Shown one piece after another: positions 19,834-24,000 of a stretch of 24,000 nucleotides of DNA. This DNA is from Caldifermentibacillus hisashii. GTDB lineage: Bacteria > Bacillota > Bacilli > Bacillales > Caldibacillaceae. The stretch lies in NCBI RefSeq assembly GCF_027568575.1, contig NZ_JANUVP010000001.1; one strand, given 5' to 3'. The position numbers and the translations under genes were made by a program. The notes beneath the pieces were generated by a model, which was not told where the DNA came from, made no database searches, and saw nothing but the letters and a program-made list of their open reading frames with translations. The number at the start of each line of letters is the position of its first letter. Position 1 is the stretch's first letter.

Positions 19834-20465
19834 CTTCCCACATTCCCCCTTTCAATCGTAATTTGAACAATGTCGCGATCTACCCCCCATTTTTTTGCAA
19901 GAAAACTGGCAATCGAATTCATATCCGCCTCATGAAAATCACTTTTTTGTTCACCTAATTGCACATTTACTTCCTCTACATTCATCACCGTTTGATCGGC
20001 TTCTTGTTTGTCTATTAATGTCACATGTATACTTTCAATGTTGTCAAGGATGTCCTCTATTGAATTTGTTAATCCGATTGTGTCTGATACGTTTAACTGA
20101 ATATGAGCAAATTGATAATCAAATTGTTTCATCAACTCCTTTTCCGTCATTTCTTCCAATTGGACAGCCGTTTGTTCTAAAATATATGCATGTTGATCTT
20201 TTTGTATTTCTATTTTCTGTTTTTCTATTGAATTTTCCAGTGATATTTTTTCCTCGCCCAGTTTTCCGGTTGCTCTGTTTAACAGATTGTCGATATCTAC
20301 TGAAAACAGTTTAAATACAGGTGTCAGAAAAATAATGATTAATAGTAATCCGAGTACCATTTTTACATATTTTTGCAACCCGGTTTGCGGCAATAACAAT
20401 TCAACAATGACGGCAAGTAAAATAAATAAAATAATATTTGTAATCCAACTTGTTAAAAATTCCAT
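19830..20465 (-). CDS. spoIIIAF: Stage III sporulation protein AF
   Basis: 211 aa, two N-terminal TMs, position between AG and AE, 4-nt overlap with spoIIIAG. Confidence 0.92.
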   Translation of the reverse strand: MEFLTSWITNIILFILLAVIVELLLPQTGLQKYVKMVLGLLLIIIFLTPVFKLFSVDIDNLLNRATGKLGEEKISLENSIEKQKIEIQKDQHAYILEQTAVQLEEMTEKELMKQFDYQFAHIQLNVSDTIGLTNSIEDILDNIESIHVTLIDKQEADQTVMNVEEVNVQLGEQKSDFHEADMNSIASFLAKKWGVDRDIVQITIERGNVGR

Positions 20466-20477
20466 ACTTCCACCAGC

Positions 20478-21686
20478 CTATCGAACCATCATTGTAATAT
20501 TTCCGGCAACAACGATAACGGTTAAACTTAAAAAGAACATGATTGAAACAATGGCCAGGGCGGCAAATAAATAAATAACACTTTTTGAAATGATATCTAA
20601 ACAAGTAATAATCGGACCACCACCAAGCGGCTGTAAAAGTGCCGCAGAAAATTTATAGACAAATGCGATGATCAAAATTTTGACTGCAGGGAACAAGGTA
20701 AGTAATAGTAAAATGCCAACACCGGCAAGTCCGACCGTATTTTTCAACAGAACCGAAGCACTTATAACTGTATCTGTTGCATCGGAAACCATTCTGCCAA
20801 CAACAGGAATAAAATTACTCGTAACAAATTTGGTCGTTTTGATAGCAATTCCGTCCGCCACCGCTGTTGCCGAACCTTGAATGGATACAATGCTGAGAAA
20901 GACCGTCATAAATACGCCTAATAATCCGATGCTCCAATTGCGGAGGAGTCCGGCTAATTGAGTTGCCTTATATTGACTTGTTAATGTACTGACAATGCTT
21001 AACAAGACAGATAAAAATAATAACGGGAGGACGATCCTGTCAACAAAAAGACCACTTACATTCGTTAAGAACAGGATAACCGGATGAAAGAATCCCGCCG
21101 AAATCACACCACCGCCAGTCGCAATTAACGCTAAAAGAATGGGAATGAACGCTATTGTGAAATGAATCATATTTTGAATTGCACCGGATGCGTATTGAAC
21201 GGCTAAATGAAAACTGTTTAATGCGATAATCATTAACACCATAAAAACAATGGAATAAGCAATTTTAGAGACGGTTGTTGTTTCAAATGCATTTTGTAAT
21301 GATTGAAGCAACATGCTGAAAATCGTCAGCATAATTAATGTACCGATTAATTTGCCGTTAACGATCATCTCATGGAAGATAAATTTTAAAATGCCGATCG
21401 CCCACTCTTTAAAGGAAAATTCATTTACCTTATCTATGTAATCAGTAAAACTTTCCTTTTCTAACTCCGGTAAAAAGCCGCCATACTCATCAACAATTTG
21501 ATTCCAAAATGTTTCAACCTCACTGAAATCCATTCTTTCTATTTGTTCATTGACAAGCTCATTGGGGGTAGTCGGTTCTTCTGACGATTCCTTTTCTGCA
21601 TCCGTATTGGCAAAAGAAGTGCTTGTCCAAAGGAAAAATAATCCGATTCCAAATAGCAAGGATATCCATATCGATTTTTGCTTCAT
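20478..21686 (-). CDS. spoIIIAE: Stage III sporulation protein AE
   Basis: 402 aa polytopic protein, KEWAIGILKFIFHEMIVNGKLIG, LLQPLGGGPIITCLDIISKSVIYLFAAL; RBS GAGGTG. Confidence 0.95.
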   Translation of the reverse strand: MKQKSIWISLLFGIGLFFLWTSTSFANTDAEKESSEEPTTPNELVNEQIERMDFSEVETFWNQIVDEYGGFLPELEKESFTDYIDKVNEFSFKEWAIGILKFIFHEMIVNGKLIGTLIMLTIFSMLLQSLQNAFETTTVSKIAYSIVFMVLMIIALNSFHLAVQYASGAIQNMIHFTIAFIPILLALIATGGGVISAGFFHPVILFLTNVSGLFVDRIVLPLLFLSVLLSIVSTLTSQYKATQLAGLLRNWSIGLLGVFMTVFLSIVSIQGSATAVADGIAIKTTKFVTSNFIPVVGRMVSDATDTVISASVLLKNTVGLAGVGILLLLTLFPAVKILIIAFVYKFSAALLQPLGGGPIITCLDIISKSVIYLFAALAIVSIMFFLSLTVIVVAGNITMMVR

Positions 21687-21814
21687 CTTTTCACCTCAAT
21701 GTGTGAACAAACTGTATGCTTCATATGTTTGTACAGAAATAATTCTTTGGACTAATTTTCTGATTAAATCGAGCAACATAAGCAGTGAAACTTAGACATT
21801 GCCTTTTCAGTTCT

Positions 21815-22204
21815 TCACGATGGAATCATTTTTAAAATCATTTCAATTAAAACGGTAAGGATCGGTACAGCCATAGCCAAAATAACAATCTTCCCGGCCA
21901 TTTCAATTTTGGAAGCAAGTGAACCTTGTCCGGCATCCTTTGTTATTTGAGCTGCAAATTCAACGATATAGGCAATGCCGATAATTTTCAAAATCGTTTC
22001 AACATATACCGAATTCACTTTTGCTTGGATGGCGATCCTTTCAATCATTTGAATGATATTGAAAATTTGGTCAATCAAAAATAAGAAGATGATACAACCG
22101 GTAAAGATGATTAATAAAAAAGCAAAATTGGCTTTCTGCTCCTTGATCACTAAGGCAAGAAAAGTGGCTACCAAGCCGATTCCAATAATTTGAAGGATAT
22201 CAAT
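21815..22204 (-). CDS. spoIIIAD: Stage III sporulation protein AD; proposed ATT start at 22204 (ORF track start is TTG 22174)
   Basis: (I/M)DILQIIGIGLVATFLALVIKEQKANFAFLLIIFTGC...; strong homolog sequence upstream of the TTG; SD AAAGGGGGG 7 nt before ATT. Confidence 0.85.
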   Translation of the reverse strand: MDILQIIGIGLVATFLALVIKEQKANFAFLLIIFTGCIIFLFLIDQIFNIIQMIERIAIQAKVNSVYVETILKIIGIAYIVEFAAQITKDAGQGSLASKIEMAGKIVILAMAVPILTVLIEMILKMIPS

Positions 22205-22218
22205 CGACGATCCCCCCT

Positions 22219-22425
22219 TTAATTGTTAAACAAAAATACGGATTTAATTTTTTGAAACAACTCATTTACAATTGTGGCAACTTGAAACAATATATAAATA
22301 AAACCAAAAAGGGTCACCCATTGGGCATATTCTTTTTTTCCAACTTGATCTAAAATCGTGACTAAAAATGCGACAACAATTCCCACTCCTGCTATTTTGA
22401 AAATTATATCTACCTCGATGCCCAT
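22219..22425 (-). CDS. spoIIIAC: Stage III sporulation protein AC
   Basis: 68 aa, IIFKIAGVGIVVAFLVTILDQVGKKEYAQWVTLFGFIYILF. Confidence 0.97.
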   Translation of the reverse strand: MGIEVDIIFKIAGVGIVVAFLVTILDQVGKKEYAQWVTLFGFIYILFQVATIVNELFQKIKSVFLFNN

Positions 22426-22445
22426 CGTTTTTCCTCCCTATTTCT

Positions 22446-22961
22446 TTACATCAGTAAAATAATGATGAATAATCCGGATAGGAAGCCTAAATTTTTAACC
22501 ATATTTCCATAAGATGCTTGTCTTTCTCTCGCTTCCACTTCTTCTCTCTCCAAATGAACAAGGGCCAATTGAATATGTTTTTGCTGCTGAACGCGATCAT
22601 GTTTTCCCAGTGTTTCACCAAATTGCAATAAAATTTCTAATTCATTTTTTTTCAAGTACGTTCGGTTCCAAATCGTCTTTAAACTTATTTCCCAAGCTTC
22701 TTTTGCTGTTATATCGCCTTGTAGTAATAGACTAGAAAAGTTCTCAAAAATCGTTTCAATCGGTTTACTCATTTGATTCGCAATTCTTCTTGAGGCATCA
22801 TGAAGCGGTGCATGACCATACATAATTTCTGCTTCTAAACTTTGCAGGGCAGATTTTAACATTCGCAATTGCCTTGTCCGCTCGGTAAATGCCTTTGAAG
22901 CCTCAAAGCCGATCCAACTTGTGGCAATCAAAATACAAATCGCTCCGACAATTTTCAACAT
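22446..22961 (-). CDS. spoIIIAB: Stage III sporulation protein AB
   Basis: 171 aa, LRMLKSALQSLEAEIMYGHAPL, C-terminal GFLSGLFIIILLM. Confidence 0.95.
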   Translation of the reverse strand: MLKIVGAICILIATSWIGFEASKAFTERTRQLRMLKSALQSLEAEIMYGHAPLHDASRRIANQMSKPIETIFENFSSLLLQGDITAKEAWEISLKTIWNRTYLKKNELEILLQFGETLGKHDRVQQQKHIQLALVHLEREEVEARERQASYGNMVKNLGFLSGLFIIILLM

Positions 22962-23884
22962 AGATGGCTCACTCGCCTAATGGGGATTTGATTTCCGCTT
23001 TCATCCTTGATGGCAGCCACATAACCCGGACCCTTTCCCCTCGTCAACTCAATATATCTTTCAAAGATTTTTTCCGATAAGATCGGTTTTAATGTCGGAC
23101 GATTCAATAAATCTTGATATGAATCTCCATGGGTGGTCATAATTAAACAGATTCCGGCATGGACGGCTTCCAGAATTGCCTCGGTGTCTTCTTTTCTACC
23201 GATTTCATCAACAATAAGGACATCGGGACTCATAGAACGGATCATCATCATCATCCCCTCCGCTTTCGGGCATGCATCTAATACATCAATTCTCACGCCA
23301 AAAGTAAGTTGTGGAATACCACCGACACTTCCTGCAATTTCACTACGCTCGTCAACGATTCCAACTTTTTTTGGTTCGATGTTGGCATCAGGCGACCCCA
23401 TTGAAATCATTCTTGCAAAATCACGAAGCAATGTTGTTTTTCCTGTTTGTGGCGGACCAATAATCATTGTGTTCTTCCAACCAGATCGATATATGTAAGG
23501 AATCCATCTTTCTGCAACGCCAATTTTTTCTTTGGCAATTCGAATATTGAATGAAGAGACATCGCGGATGGCTTTTACTTTCCCATTTTCAAGTATCACT
23601 CTGCCTGCGAGACCAATCCGGTGCCCGCCCTCTATCGTGATATACCCTCTTTTTAATTCCTCATCTAATGTATATAAGGAATGGTGACTAATATTATTAA
23701 GCAGTTGTTCTGCATCCCCCATTTGAGTGATATAAGGTAGGAAGATCGTATTTTGGTGAGCGGTTATCTCAATGGGGCGGTTAATTCGAATCCGTATCTC
23801 CTCGATATTTTCGAATATTTCATTTTGTAAGTTTTGAAATTGCTCCTGAATGATTTTAGGAAGATATGCCATGACTTTTTCCAT
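22955..23884 (-). CDS. spoIIIAA: Stage III sporulation protein AA (secretion ATPase-like)
   Basis: Walker A GPPQTGKTTLLRD, IVDERSEIAGS, VLIVDEIGRKEDTEAI; ATG at 23884 with GAGGT RBS preferred over the 23902 TTG. Confidence 0.96.
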   Translation of the reverse strand: MEKVMAYLPKIIQEQFQNLQNEIFENIEEIRIRINRPIEITAHQNTIFLPYITQMGDAEQLLNNISHHSLYTLDEELKRGYITIEGGHRIGLAGRVILENGKVKAIRDVSSFNIRIAKEKIGVAERWIPYIYRSGWKNTMIIGPPQTGKTTLLRDFARMISMGSPDANIEPKKVGIVDERSEIAGSVGGIPQLTFGVRIDVLDACPKAEGMMMMIRSMSPDVLIVDEIGRKEDTEAILEAVHAGICLIMTTHGDSYQDLLNRPTLKPILSEKIFERYIELTRGKGPGYVAAIKDESGNQIPIRRVSHLC

Positions 23885-23927
23885 AAAAATTACCTCTTTC
23901 AAAATTCTATTAGCTTCCTCTTATTAA

Positions 23928-23956
23928 AATGTATTGCACGTCCCTTTCAAGTATGA
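23928..23956 (-). promoter_or_regulatory. Sigma-E promoter of the spoIIIA operon: TCATACT-N14-AATACATT
   Basis: Close to the sigma-E consensus (KMATATT / CATACANT) with correct 14-nt spacing, about 50 nt upstream of the spoIIIAA start. Confidence 0.7.
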
Positions 23957-24000
23957 CTAATTCCTAAGTTATTTAAGAAATCAGAGCGCCGGGGATTTTA

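Noticed and set aside
19895-20314. 139-aa plus-strand ORF, and other antisense ORFs (e.g. 1860-2099, 9695-10018, 10519-10827, 13632-13946, 23133-23498)
   Set aside because: All lie opposite well-conserved genes and have no RBS or family signature; typical shadow ORFs.
1-24000. Search for mobile elements, CRISPR arrays, toxin-antitoxin or defence systems, tRNA/rRNA genes
   Set aside because: No transposase, integrase, regularly spaced repeats or RNA genes seen; gene order is conserved core Bacillaceae chromosome, so no novel multi-gene system is claimed.

Overview
The window is a compact, mostly minus-strand chromosomal segment from a spore-forming Bacillaceae-type Firmicute. In descending coordinates it carries spoIIIAA-AB-AC-AD-AE-AF-AG-AH, accB-accC-yqhY, nusB-folD-xseA-xseB-ispA, dxs-yqxC(tlyA), ahrC(argR)-recN-spoIVB, spo0A, a glpQ/yqiK-like phosphodiesterase, yqzF (DUF2627, plus strand), bkdR and a partial bcd (absent from the ORF track). 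I found no mobile element, CRISPR array, RNA gene or defence locus, and nothing that looks like a new multi-gene system. The observations most worth a second look are: (1) spoIIIAD has no ATG/GTG/TTG at its conserved N-terminus and appears to start at ATT with a well-placed Shine-Dalgarno; (2) the bkdR-bcd intergenic region has a textbook sigma-54 promoter, two matching TTGCAA-N4-TTGCAA dyads 33 bp apart and an imperfect tandem 18/19-mer; (3) several terminators are fused to stop codons; (4) yqxC and dxs overlap by 35-44 nt; (5) gene content differs from the B. subtilis arrangement. All homology calls come from recognising the protein sequences; no database search was run.
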